Assembly (NCBI GenBank): GCA_040765685.1
Contig: JAXGRS010000007.1
Span: 21,079 to 85,078 of the forward strand
Length of the DNA: 64,000 nucleotides
Origin: Anaerolineaceae bacterium
Lineage (GTDB): Bacteria > Chloroflexota > Anaerolineae > Anaerolineales > Anaerolineaceae
Direction: 5' to 3'
A program made the position numbers and the translations under genes. Positions 8,986 through 18,373 of the stretch are shown here, piece by piece. How positions within the stretch are numbered: position 1 is the stretch's first letter; every line of letters starts with the position of its first letter. A model generated the notes under the pieces. The model did not search any database, was not told the DNA's origin, and saw nothing but the letters and a program-made list of their open reading frames with translations.

Positions 8986-9744
8986 ATGAGAAAACCATTT
9001 GTGGCAGGAAACTGGAAAATGAACAAGAACGTGGAACAAGCGAGTGTCCTTGTGCAGCAGTTGTTGCCAGGGTTGCAGCAGGTGCCGGAAGTTGAACGGG
9101 TCATCTGTCCGCCTTTTACATCATTGATGATACTTTCCGCGCAGCTCACCGGAACTGGAGTGGGGATCGGTGCACAGAATATGCATTGGGCGGATTCCGG
9201 TGCTTATACCGGCGAGGTTTCTCCGCAAATGGTAAGGGAATTTTGCGATTATGTCATTATCGGTCACTCTGAACGTCGCGCGTATTTTGGTGAAACAGAC
9301 GAGATCGTGAATATGAAACTCAAAGCCGCGCTGGCTTTGGGGCTGGTCCCCATTGTGTGCGTTGGTGAGACTTTGGCTGAATATGAAACCGGCCAGACGA
9401 GCGTGGTTGTAACCCGCCAGGTGCTTGAGGGATTGAAAGGGATCGAACCCACCACCGCCTCCCTGGTCGTGATCGCGTATGAACCGGTATGGGCGATTGG
9501 CACTGGCAAGGCAGCCACCGCTGAAGGTGCTAATGCCGTGCTGCGCGATCACATACGGCCAGCTTTGGCCCAATTATTCGGTTCCGGTTTAGCGCAAAAC
9601 CTGCGCATCCTTTACGGTGGTTCAGTTAATGGCAACAATGCCGCTGAGTACTTTACCCAACCTGAAATTGATGGCGCTCTAGTGGGTGGAGCCAGCCTGA
9701 AGGTGGAAGAATTTATCAGAATCGTTGAAGCTGCGCGGCCATAA
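8986..9744 (+). CDS. tpiA: triosephosphate isomerase
   Basis: NWKMN, IGHSERR and AYEPVWAIGTG motifs. I prefer ATG 8986, which has GAGG at 8977-8980, over the track's GTG 8980. Confidence 0.9.
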   Translation: MRKPFVAGNWKMNKNVEQASVLVQQLLPGLQQVPEVERVICPPFTSLMILSAQLTGTGVGIGAQNMHWADSGAYTGEVSPQMVREFCDYVIIGHSERRAYFGETDEIVNMKLKAALALGLVPIVCVGETLAEYETGQTSVVVTRQVLEGLKGIEPTTASLVVIAYEPVWAIGTGKAATAEGANAVLRDHIRPALAQLFGSGLAQNLRILYGGSVNGNNAAEYFTQPEIDGALVGGASLKVEEFIRIVEAARP

Positions 9745-9754
9745 AAAATAGATA

Positions 9755-9781
9755 AGAGACCCGGGGATTTCCCGGGTCTCT
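9755..9781. terminator. hairpin between convergent tpiA and upp
   Basis: Stem gagacccggg / cccgggtctc with loop gattt. The U-tract is weak. Confidence 0.6.
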
Positions 9782-9786
9782 CTGCT

Positions 9787-10408
9787 TTAAGCTGTTCCAA
9801 ATTGCCTGTCTCCGGCATCACCCAGGCCGGGCAGGATATAACCAACCTCATTGAGTTTTTCATCAACGGCTGCCAGGTAGATTGGCACTTCAGGGTGGGC
9901 AGATGTCATCGCCGCTATCCCTTCAGGCGCGCCGATCACTCCGACAAACTTGATCTTTTTCACTCCCCAACGTTTCAGCACATCAACGGTGGCCGTGGCG
10001 GACCCGCCGGTAGCGAGCATAGGATCCAATATGGGGCAAACGGATACTGTCGGTTCGGTAGGAAGTTTATTGTAGTACTCGACCGGTTTTAAAGGTGTTT
10101 TCATCGCGATAGAGTCCGATATGCCACACCTCAGCAGCATCAGTTCCCAGAAACCCTCCACCATCCCCAATCCAGATCTCAAAATCGGGACAAGTCCAAC
10201 CTTTTCTCGAAGGACCCGACACCTGGTAACAGCGAGCGGTGTGGTCACATCAACTTCTTCGGTCAACAGATCTGAGGTAGCTTCGTAGGCCAGCAGACCG
10301 GCGATCTCTCGGACAAGTTCACGAAACTGGTAGGTTCAGTGTTCGCATCTCGCAGTTTGGCCAGTTTATGTGCCCTCCAACGGGTGGTGAAACAAAAACA
10401 TTGGACAT
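9787..10408 (-). pseudogene. upp: uracil phosphoribosyltransferase, multiply frameshifted
   Basis: ATG at 10408 with SD AAGGAG at 10419-10414. Upp-like peptides are spread over three frames. They include MSNVFV, HHPL, HKLAKLRDANTEPTSF, RELVREIAGLLAYEAT…VPILRSGLGM, AAEVWHIGLYRDE and LKPVEYYNKLP…DPMLATGG…GLGDAGDRQFGTA. The track shows only a 159-aa C-terminal ORF. Confidence 0.8.
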
Positions 10409-10512
10409 AACAGCTCCTTGAGTTTTTTATAATTATAGCGCTTCGCTGGTTGACGTATCTGATTTACGATCCTGAGGTACATGGATTAGAACAATAATTC
10501 ACTCTGCAAGTG

Positions 10513-10518
10513 TATAAT
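10513..10518 (+). promoter_or_regulatory. -10 box (TATAAT) 7 nt upstream of ATG 10526 (likely true ruvB start, leaderless)
   Basis: TATAAT at 10513-10518. No SD precedes ATG 10526. The -35 element is weak. Confidence 0.5.
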
Positions 10519-10575
10519 GAGGACTATGCCAAACGATGATCGGGTAATGAGCCCAAGCAAAAAACCAATGACCGC

Positions 10576-11550
10576 ATGGATCTTTCACTGCAGCCGGCGT
10601 ATCTTAAAGAGTTGATCGGTCAGGACCAGGTACGCAAGAACCTGGAGATTCTGATCGCTGCGGCCAAAGGGCGTAAAGAGTGCCTGGATCACGTCCTGTT
10701 CTACGGTCCTCCGGGACTGGGAAAAACTACGCTGGCGTACATCCTGGCAAACGAGATGGGGGTGAACATCAAGATCACTTCCGGACCCGCCATCGAACGC
10801 ACCGGCGACCTGGCTGCCATTCTGACCAACCTTCGCGAGGGAGATATCCTCTTTATCGATGAGATCCACCGGTTGGGTCGCTCAATCGAAGAGGTATTGT
10901 ATCCCGCCATGGAAGATTTCTCGCTGGATATTATTATCGGTAAGGGACCTTCTGCGCGTTCGCTGCGCTTGAAATTACCGCGATTTACCACGATCGGTGC
11001 CACCACCCGACTCGCCCTGGTCACCGCCCCGTTGCGGGCGCGTTTTGGCGCGCTGTATCGCCTTGATTATTACGATCAACCGGCGATGCAGGAGATCGTA
11101 AGGCGGGCGGCAGGTCTAATGACCGTTACTGCTGACGAGAGCGGTATAGAGGAGATCGCACGACGGGCACGCGGTACGCCGCGCGTTGCTTTGCGCCTGC
11201 TCAGACGTGTGCGTGATTTCACCCAGGTCAGATCTGATGGGGTCATTACCCGGGATTCCGCCACACAGGCTTTGGACCTGCTGGCAGTAGACGAAATGGG
11301 ATTGGACGAGGTCGACAGGCGGGTGTTGAAAACCATCATCGAAAAATATGGCGGCGGGCCGGTTGGGCTGGCCACGATCGCCGCCTCGATCAGCGAAGAA
11401 GCAGACACTATCATGGACGTAGTGGAGCCTTATCTTTTACAACTTGGTTACATCGATCGAACTCCGCAGGGGAGGATCGCTGCGCCGCTCGCCTACGAAC
11501 ACCTGCACATCGCGACCAATCAAAAGCGGCGCGTTGGTCACGCGATGTGA
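10576..11550 (+). CDS. ruvB: Holliday junction branch migration helicase RuvB
   Basis: Walker [10 protein letters not shown] and Walker B LFIDEIHR; 324 aa as given in the track. A RuvB-like N-terminus ([13 protein letters not shown]) is encoded from ATG 10526 in another frame, so there is a likely frameshift at the A6 run 10559-10564. Confidence 0.9.
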   Translation: MDLSLQPAYLKELIGQDQVRKNLEILIAAAKGRKECLDHVLFYGPPGLGKTTLAYILANEMGVNIKITSGPAIERTGDLAAILTNLREGDILFIDEIHRLGRSIEEVLYPAMEDFSLDIIIGKGPSARSLRLKLPRFTTIGATTRLALVTAPLRARFGALYRLDYYDQPAMQEIVRRAAGLMTVTADESGIEEIARRARGTPRVALRLLRRVRDFTQVRSDGVITRDSATQALDLLAVDEMGLDEVDRRVLKTIIEKYGGGPVGLATIAASISEEADTIMDVVEPYLLQLGYIDRTPQGRIAAPLAYEHLHIATNQKRRVGHAM

Positions 11551-11593
11551 ACCTCCGTTCGTTATCGCCCGCTGACGTCACAATTCCCGCCTG

Positions 11594-12529
11594 ATGGTCA
11601 TGCACCGGAATGACAATACACTTACCGACAGCGTATTCCACCAGTTAGGATTGTACTTGCGCAAGGGAGACCTGCTGGTGATCAATCAGACGCGGGTTAT
11701 CCCGGCCCGTCTGTTTGCCCGGAAAAAAACAGGCGGGAAGATCGAGCTTTTACTTTTGAAACAACTTGAAACTGGTGTTTGGGAAGCGCTGGTAGGAGGT
11801 AAAGGCTTACGGAAAGGCGTGATCGTTACAGTTGAGGGTGGACCTGAAGCTGAGATCATCGAAGAGCTGGACGGCAGCCAGCGTATCATCCGCTTCCTGC
11901 AGCCAGTTGACCAGTTGCTCGCTCACATTGGGCAGATGCCTCTTCCGCCTTATATCCACGAAGAATTGCATGATCCTGAGCGCTACCAGACGGTTTATGC
12001 CGCTGTCACAGGTTCAGCCGCTGCACCTACCGCAGGGCTGCATTTTACCCCCTGGTTGATCAACCAACTGGAGGAACAGGGGATCCAATTCGCCAGGGTA
12101 ACGCTGCATGTCGGATTGGACACATTCGCGCCTGTTAACGAGGAAGATCCTCTCGAGCACCGAATACACACGGAGTGGTGCGAAATTGATACTGCAACCG
12201 CTGAGCGGGTGAACCAGACCAGGGCAGCCGGAGGACGGGTGATCGCGGTGGGCACGACCAGCGTTCGCACATTGGAAAGCGCTGCGGTATCGAGCGGAAT
12301 GACCGGTCAGGTGGCACCTTATAATGGACAGACTGGTCTTTTTATCCTGCCGGGGTATGAATTCAAGATCATTGATGGCATGATCACGAATTTTCATTTA
12401 CCGCGTTCCACACTATTAATGCTCGTGAGCGCGTTTGCCGGTAGAGAGCGCATTTTTAATGCCTACCAGAAGGCAATCGAACGCGGGTACCGATTTTACT
12501 CCTTCGGTGATGCCATGTTGATCGTGTAA
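11594..12529 (+). CDS. queA: S-adenosylmethionine:tRNA ribosyltransferase-isomerase, N-terminally short
   Basis: GDLLVINQTRVIPARL, MPLPPYI, PTAGLHF, AVGTTSVRTLE and NFHLPRSTL motifs. About 30 canonical N-terminal residues are missing. An in-frame TGA lies at 11573-11575. Confidence 0.85.
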   Translation: MVMHRNDNTLTDSVFHQLGLYLRKGDLLVINQTRVIPARLFARKKTGGKIELLLLKQLETGVWEALVGGKGLRKGVIVTVEGGPEAEIIEELDGSQRIIRFLQPVDQLLAHIGQMPLPPYIHEELHDPERYQTVYAAVTGSAAAPTAGLHFTPWLINQLEEQGIQFARVTLHVGLDTFAPVNEEDPLEHRIHTEWCEIDTATAERVNQTRAAGGRVIAVGTTSVRTLESAAVSSGMTGQVAPYNGQTGLFILPGYEFKIIDGMITNFHLPRSTLLMLVSAFAGRERIFNAYQKAIERGYRFYSFGDAMLIV

Positions 12530-12536
12530 TTCAATC

Positions 12537-13223
12537 ATGCTGAACGAAATAACTTTCGAAACACTGGGAAAAGAGATCATTACCTGCCGGAAATGCCCGC
12601 GCCTTGTAGAATGGCGCGAAAAAGTTGGTGTGGTCAAACGCCGCGCTTTTCGAAATGAAGATTATTGGGCAAAACCTGTTCCAGGATTTGGCGATCCGGA
12701 AGCGCGCGTGTTGGTGCTGGGACTGGCACCTGGTGCGCACGGTTCGAACCGCAGCGGGCGTATGTTCACAGGAGACGATTCCGGGAACTTCCTTTACCCG
12801 GCCCTTTACCGCGCAGGTTTCGCCAACCAACCTTATGCTCGATCCGTTGACGATGGCCTGTTGCTGAATCAGCTTTACATCAGCGCTGTTTGTCGTTGTG
12901 TTCCACCTGATAATAAACCGGCCCCTGGGGAGATCAGAGCATGTCGCAAATTCCTCGAACATGAACTGGATCTATTAACGCAATTGGTCGGGATCGTCGC
13001 GCTGGGAAAGATCGCTTTTGACGCCATTCAAAGGATGTTTTACGCGCAGGGTGACCCAAAGGGTGCAGCACGTTTTGGTCATGGTGTTTTTATGGATGGA
13101 TGTAATGAAAAACCCTGGGTCCTGGGCTCTTACCACCCCAGCCGGCAGAATACTCAAACTGGTAGATTAACCCATCAAATGTTCGATGAAATCTGGCAAA
13201 AAGTGAATCAATTATTGGGTTAG
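12537..13223 (+). CDS. uracil-DNA glycosylase, family 5 (UDGb-like, Fe-S)
   Basis: CRKCPRL cysteine motif and GLAPGAHGSNRSGRMFTGD (family 5 type, not the GE.PG of family 4). Confidence 0.8.
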   Translation: MLNEITFETLGKEIITCRKCPRLVEWREKVGVVKRRAFRNEDYWAKPVPGFGDPEARVLVLGLAPGAHGSNRSGRMFTGDDSGNFLYPALYRAGFANQPYARSVDDGLLLNQLYISAVCRCVPPDNKPAPGEIRACRKFLEHELDLLTQLVGIVALGKIAFDAIQRMFYAQGDPKGAARFGHGVFMDGCNEKPWVLGSYHPSRQNTQTGRLTHQMFDEIWQKVNQLLG

Positions 13224-13226
13224 CGC

Positions 13227-13979
13227 TCACTTGCGGGTCAGAAACCACGCCCGGTTAGAGGTGCTGGTAAGCGGTGCGAGCGGGTTCAGACTACCAGCCT
13301 TTTCAACGACGTGCAAGCCGGCGTACTCCAGGCTGGTTTCGATCTCTTCTATCGAGAAAGCTCGTTCAACAAAGGTCTCTTCGTACCTTTCCCACAAAGC
13401 GCCTGATTTTATGAACCATGTGATGCGCAACTGGGCGAGGTTTTTCTCAAAATCAAACTTTGTGCTGTGTAGTTCGAGCAGATCTGCGGTTTCCTGTTGG
13501 ATTAGGCTGCGTTCCTTTTGCCAGTACACGGCCAGACCATAGATCGTGTTCATGTCGAACAGAAACCAGCCGTTCGGTTTTAGCGAACGTGCAATGCTGT
13601 TGAAGGCGGATTGCAGGTCATTTTGGGTGGTGAGGAAGTTCAAGCTGTCAAACCAGCAGGTGACCATGTCAAACTCGTTCTGGTAATCGATGAAGCGCAT
13701 ATCCTGCTTAATGTAAGAGACCTGTACATTCTCCTGCTTGGCGCGATGTTTTGCCAGGCGGAGCATTTCGTCTGAGAGATCGACACCGGTGACCGTCCAG
13801 CCTTTCTTTGCCATTTCCACGCTGAAACTGCCTTCCCCGCAGGCAACATCCAGTAATTTTTTCGTTCCATTTGTTGGGATCTTGTATTTTTTTATTATGG
13901 AAGGGAGGATTGCAGCCATTTCCTGAGAAAAACCGGGATATTTACCCCTGGCATAAATTCTGGCAAACCGGTCAAACAT
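13227..13979 (-). CDS. class I SAM-dependent methyltransferase
   Basis: Motif I LLDVACGEG. I prefer ATG 13979, which has SD GAGGGA just upstream. The track starts at GTG 14039. Confidence 0.75.
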   Translation of the reverse strand: MFDRFARIYARGKYPGFSQEMAAILPSIIKKYKIPTNGTKKLLDVACGEGSFSVEMAKKGWTVTGVDLSDEMLRLAKHRAKQENVQVSYIKQDMRFIDYQNEFDMVTCWFDSLNFLTTQNDLQSAFNSIARSLKPNGWFLFDMNTIYGLAVYWQKERSLIQQETADLLELHSTKFDFEKNLAQLRITWFIKSGALWERYEETFVERAFSIEEIETSLEYAGLHVVEKAGSLNPLAPLTSTSNRAWFLTRK

Positions 13980-14093
13980 AATTCCCTCGCTTACGCTGTG
14001 ATTGAGCTTTATTTTCTGCCTTGACCTGATTTTTACCACACAAATTTTGATTTGACTATGATACCTGCAGCTTTGTCAAGTTGGTTAAATACA

Positions 14094-14121
14094 AAAGACA
14101 GCGGTATTCACCGCTGTCTTT
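14094..14121 (-). terminator. rho-independent terminator of eno
   Basis: Stem aaagacagcgg / ccgctgtcttt. On the minus strand it is followed by ttttgtattt. Confidence 0.75.
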
Positions 14122-14136
14122 AACGACATCAATTGA

Positions 14137-15459
<1,323 letters not shown>

Positions 15460-15541
15460 TTATTTTTTTGATCAACGGCTGTAAGTATACCGAATTTTCT
15501 CGGAAATAATAGAGGAAACCTGGACCCACGTCGAATAAAAT

Positions 15542-15570
15542 GTACCTCCCTTAGAGGTACAGGGAGGTAC
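15542..15570 (-). terminator. hairpin terminator of pyrG
   Basis: Stem gtacctccct / agggaggtac. On the minus strand it is followed by attttatt. Confidence 0.6.
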
Positions 15571-15592
15571 TGATCTAGCTCAGTTTGCTTTT

Positions 15593-17239
15593 CTATTTTT
15601 GCGTGTACAACAATGGGGGATCCAAGTATTCAACCCCGGCTTTTTCTGCTGCGGCGCGCATAAAGGCGAGGAACAATGGATGCGGGCGGGTAGGGCGTGA
15701 GAGGAACTCCGGGTGGAATTGTGTTCCAAGCATGAAGGGATGATCCTTGAGTTCCACGATCTCCACCAGGTTCTTATCCGGCGAAAAACCGGAAAATACC
15801 ATGCCTTGCCTGGCAAATTGATCACGGTACGCGTTGTTGAATTCAAAACGATGCCGGTGGCGTTCTTCCACTTTTTTAACCCCGTACGCACGGGCGGCGA
15901 TGGTTCCGGATTGAAGCATGCAGGGATACAAACCCAGCCGCATCGTCCCTCCCATATCTTTGATGTTCTGTTGATCGGGCATCAGATCGATCACCGGGTG
16001 ATCGGTGGCAATATCAAATTCGGAGGAATTAACCTGATCGGTTTGCAGCACATACCGGCCAAATTCCACCACCATTAATTGCATACCCAGGCATAACCCG
16101 AAGTATGGCACCTTCTTCTCGCGGGCATGGTTCACAGCGATGATCTTTCCTTCGATCCCCCGGCTGCCAAAACCGCCAGGCACGATGATCCCGCTGACTT
16201 TTTCAAGCGTATCAAGACTTTTGCCTTTCTCCAGGTCAGTGGCATGCACCCATTTAAGATCTAATTCAAGCCCAAGGAACAGGGCGGCGTGTTTAAGGGC
16301 TTCGCGCACGCTGATGTACGCGTCATGAAGCTCAACGTATTTTCCAACGAGGGCGATGGTAACTTTCGGTTTCTTCCGTTTAGTTTCGTTGATCAGCGTT
16401 TCCCACCCACTCCAATCCGGTTTTGCCTTCGGTTGCAAGTTCAACCTTTCCATCAGGTATTCTGCAACGTTTTCCTTCTCCAACAAAAGAGGGATCTCGT
16501 ACAGAATGGGAGCCGTAGCCATGGGGATCACCGCACGTTTTTCTACGTCGCAAAACTGAGCGATCTTTTCACGAAGGTTTTCCTTGATCGGCCTGTCGCT
16601 GCGGGCTACGATCATATCAGGAGTAATGCCAATTGAGCGGAGCTCAGCTACAGAATGCTGAGTGGGCTTGGTTTTGATCTCGTCGGTAGCCCCAATATAT
16701 GGCAGCCAGGTGACGTGAATGTAGGCTGTGTTTTCACGACCGAGGTCGCTCCTTAACTGGCGCAGTGCTTCGAGAAAGGGTAAACCTTCTATGTCTCCAA
16801 CTGTGCCCCCGACTTCTACAATAACGATCTCCGCACCGGTCGATTTCGCAACCAGGCCGATGCGCCGTTTAATCTCGTTTGTGATGTGAGGGATTACCTG
16901 GATCGTTCCTCCCAGGTAATCACCGCGGCGCTCCTTGGCGATCACCTCAGCGTAGACCTGCCCAGTGGTGATGTTGCACACCCGGTTAAGCCGGATATCG
17001 ATAAACCTTTCATAGTGTCCCAGGTCGAGATCGGTTTCTGCACCGTCATCCAATACGAATACTTCACCATGCTGATAAGGGCTCATTGTGCCAGGATCGA
17101 CGTTGATGTAGGGATCCAGTTTTTGAACAGCGATCTTGAACCCTCTATCTTTTAAAATGCGCCCGATCGCTGCAGCAGTGACACCTTTGCCGACCGAACT
17201 GACAACACCGCCTGTTATGAAGATGTATTTGGTGTTCAT
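15593..17239 (-). CDS. pyrG: CTP synthase
   Basis: N-terminal MNTKYIFITGGVVSSVGKG and glutamine amidotransferase motif GLCLGMQ; 548 aa. Confidence 0.95.
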   Translation of the reverse strand: MNTKYIFITGGVVSSVGKGVTAAAIGRILKDRGFKIAVQKLDPYINVDPGTMSPYQHGEVFVLDDGAETDLDLGHYERFIDIRLNRVCNITTGQVYAEVIAKERRGDYLGGTIQVIPHITNEIKRRIGLVAKSTGAEIVIVEVGGTVGDIEGLPFLEALRQLRSDLGRENTAYIHVTWLPYIGATDEIKTKPTQHSVAELRSIGITPDMIVARSDRPIKENLREKIAQFCDVEKRAVIPMATAPILYEIPLLLEKENVAEYLMERLNLQPKAKPDWSGWETLINETKRKKPKVTIALVGKYVELHDAYISVREALKHAALFLGLELDLKWVHATDLEKGKSLDTLEKVSGIIVPGGFGSRGIEGKIIAVNHAREKKVPYFGLCLGMQLMVVEFGRYVLQTDQVNSSEFDIATDHPVIDLMPDQQNIKDMGGTMRLGLYPCMLQSGTIAARAYGVKKVEERHRHRFEFNNAYRDQFARQGMVFSGFSPDKNLVEIVELKDHPFMLGTQFHPEFLSRPTRPHPLFLAFMRAAAEKAGVEYLDPPLLYTQK

Positions 17240-17272
17240 GATCGTCCTCCTGTGTGGTCCTGGTTTAAGCGG

Positions 17273-17303
17273 CGAGGAGGGCAGTTGATCCTTGTCCTCC
17301 TCG
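17273..17303 (-). promoter_or_regulatory. GC-rich hairpin in the pyrG leader made of SD-like and anti-SD-like arms
   Basis: The minus-strand RNA reads CGAGGAGG-N15-CCUCCUCG (8 bp perfect). It lies about 25 nt upstream of the real SD GGAGGA (17250-17245). Confidence 0.35.
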
Positions 17304-17395
17304 AAATGGCTTAAAACTTATTTTTTGCAGCCGAAATGACCATTAGTGATCCTATTACCTTAAAAGTTTATCATATCTCGACTCAAGCGATAAAG

Positions 17396-17424
17396 AAAAA
17401 CCATCCTTTCGGGATGGTTTTTTG
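17396..17424 (-). terminator. rho-independent terminator of the S1-domain gene
   Basis: Stem aaaaaccatcc / ggatggttttt with loop tttcg. A U-run follows on the minus strand. Confidence 0.8.
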
Positions 17425-17427
17425 AAG

Positions 17428-18276
17428 CTAGTTTGTTTGAACCTTGTTTTCCAGTGTGCGGGCGAGGATCTCTTCCTGTTCCGCGGAGCCAGTTTTACTC
17501 TTGCGGGTTTCCTGTTTTTGTTTGCGATCCTTGGCTTTTTCCATGGCCGCGCGCATGGCTAGTTCCATAGAGGTGGGCTCAGGTTCTGCGGTTTCGTTTA
17601 TAGATTCCAGCAGGGCGGAATTATCTTCTTCAAAGGATTTTCGTGGTTTACGCCCGGGTTTTCGCTCACGTTTTGGAGCACCTGCGGGAGCAGAGTAAAC
17701 TGGAGCGGAGGTGGTGACGGTTTTTTCCTCGACCTCTTTCTCGGGTTCAGGTTGAATGGCTTTCATGCTCAACTTGATCTGTTTCTTGCGCCTATTGACA
17801 TCGATGACCTGAGCCTCGATTTCATCACCCTCTTTAACTACATCAGAAGGGACTTTGACGTAGCCGTGTGCCATTTCGCTGATGTGGACCAGTCCCGGTC
17901 TTTCCGCGCCGATTTCAACAAAAGCACCGAACTTTTCCAGTCTCACTACTTTGCCTTTGACTGTTTCGCCCACTTTGATTTCGCGCCATTCAAGATCTAG
18001 CGGCTTGATCATGGTCATTTCGATGCGTTGTTCGCCTTCTCTGCGGGTGATCTTTTTCACCCAAACATCGATCTCATCATCGACTTTGAGGATCTCATCC
18101 ACTTTCTTGTTTTGTGTATCTTCCGGCGCTACGATCTGTGAAACATGAAGCAGCGCAGGTTTACCGATACCGATATCCAGGACCGCTCCCGCTAGGGTAA
18201 CCTTCATCACCCTGGCTTTGAATAACATTTTTGGTTCAATACTGTTTTCTACTTGCGGTTCAACGGTCATGTCCAT
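17428..18276 (-). CDS. S1 RNA-binding domain protein (two S1 repeats, Lys/Glu-rich tail)
   Basis: Two S1-like repeats (AVLDIGIGKPALLHVSQI; GAFVEIGAERPGLVHISEM) followed by a basic and acidic low-complexity C-terminus. Confidence 0.8.
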   Translation of the reverse strand: MDMTVEPQVENSIEPKMLFKARVMKVTLAGAVLDIGIGKPALLHVSQIVAPEDTQNKKVDEILKVDDEIDVWVKKITRREGEQRIEMTMIKPLDLEWREIKVGETVKGKVVRLEKFGAFVEIGAERPGLVHISEMAHGYVKVPSDVVKEGDEIEAQVIDVNRRKKQIKLSMKAIQPEPEKEVEEKTVTTSAPVYSAPAGAPKRERKPGRKPRKSFEEDNSALLESINETAEPEPTSMELAMRAAMEKAKDRKQKQETRKSKTGSAEQEEILARTLENKVQTN

Positions 18277-18313
18277 CGTTTTCTCTCTTATGTGTGTTTA
18301 TTTGCGACCACAG

Positions 18314-18343
18314 ATTATACCCCTTGCGGGGTTTATTTGTCAA
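18314..18343 (-). promoter_or_regulatory. sigma70-type promoter of the S1-domain gene
   Basis: On the minus strand: TTGACA (18343-18338), 18-nt spacer, TATAAT (18319-18314). The spacer contains the hairpin ACCCCGCAAGGGGT. Confidence 0.65.
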
Positions 18344-18373
18344 TTTGAAATCGTACATTGCTAGGTTGATTCA

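Noticed and set aside
8523-9039. A cluster of overlapping 69-99-aa ORFs on both strands (8523-8789, 8618-8917, 8629-8853, 8667-8927, 8830-9039)
   Set aside because: They lie on the RNase P RNA gene (8454-8860, minus strand) and its promoter. The GC-rich structured RNA produces open frames by chance, and none has an SD or a recognisable protein motif.
11573-11575. In-frame TGA in the queA 5' region as a recoded (Sec/Trp/Gly) codon
   Set aside because: TGA functions as an ordinary stop at several well-defined gene ends in this window (for example 1336-1338, 23185-23187, 37083-37085). No SECIS-like element is apparent either.
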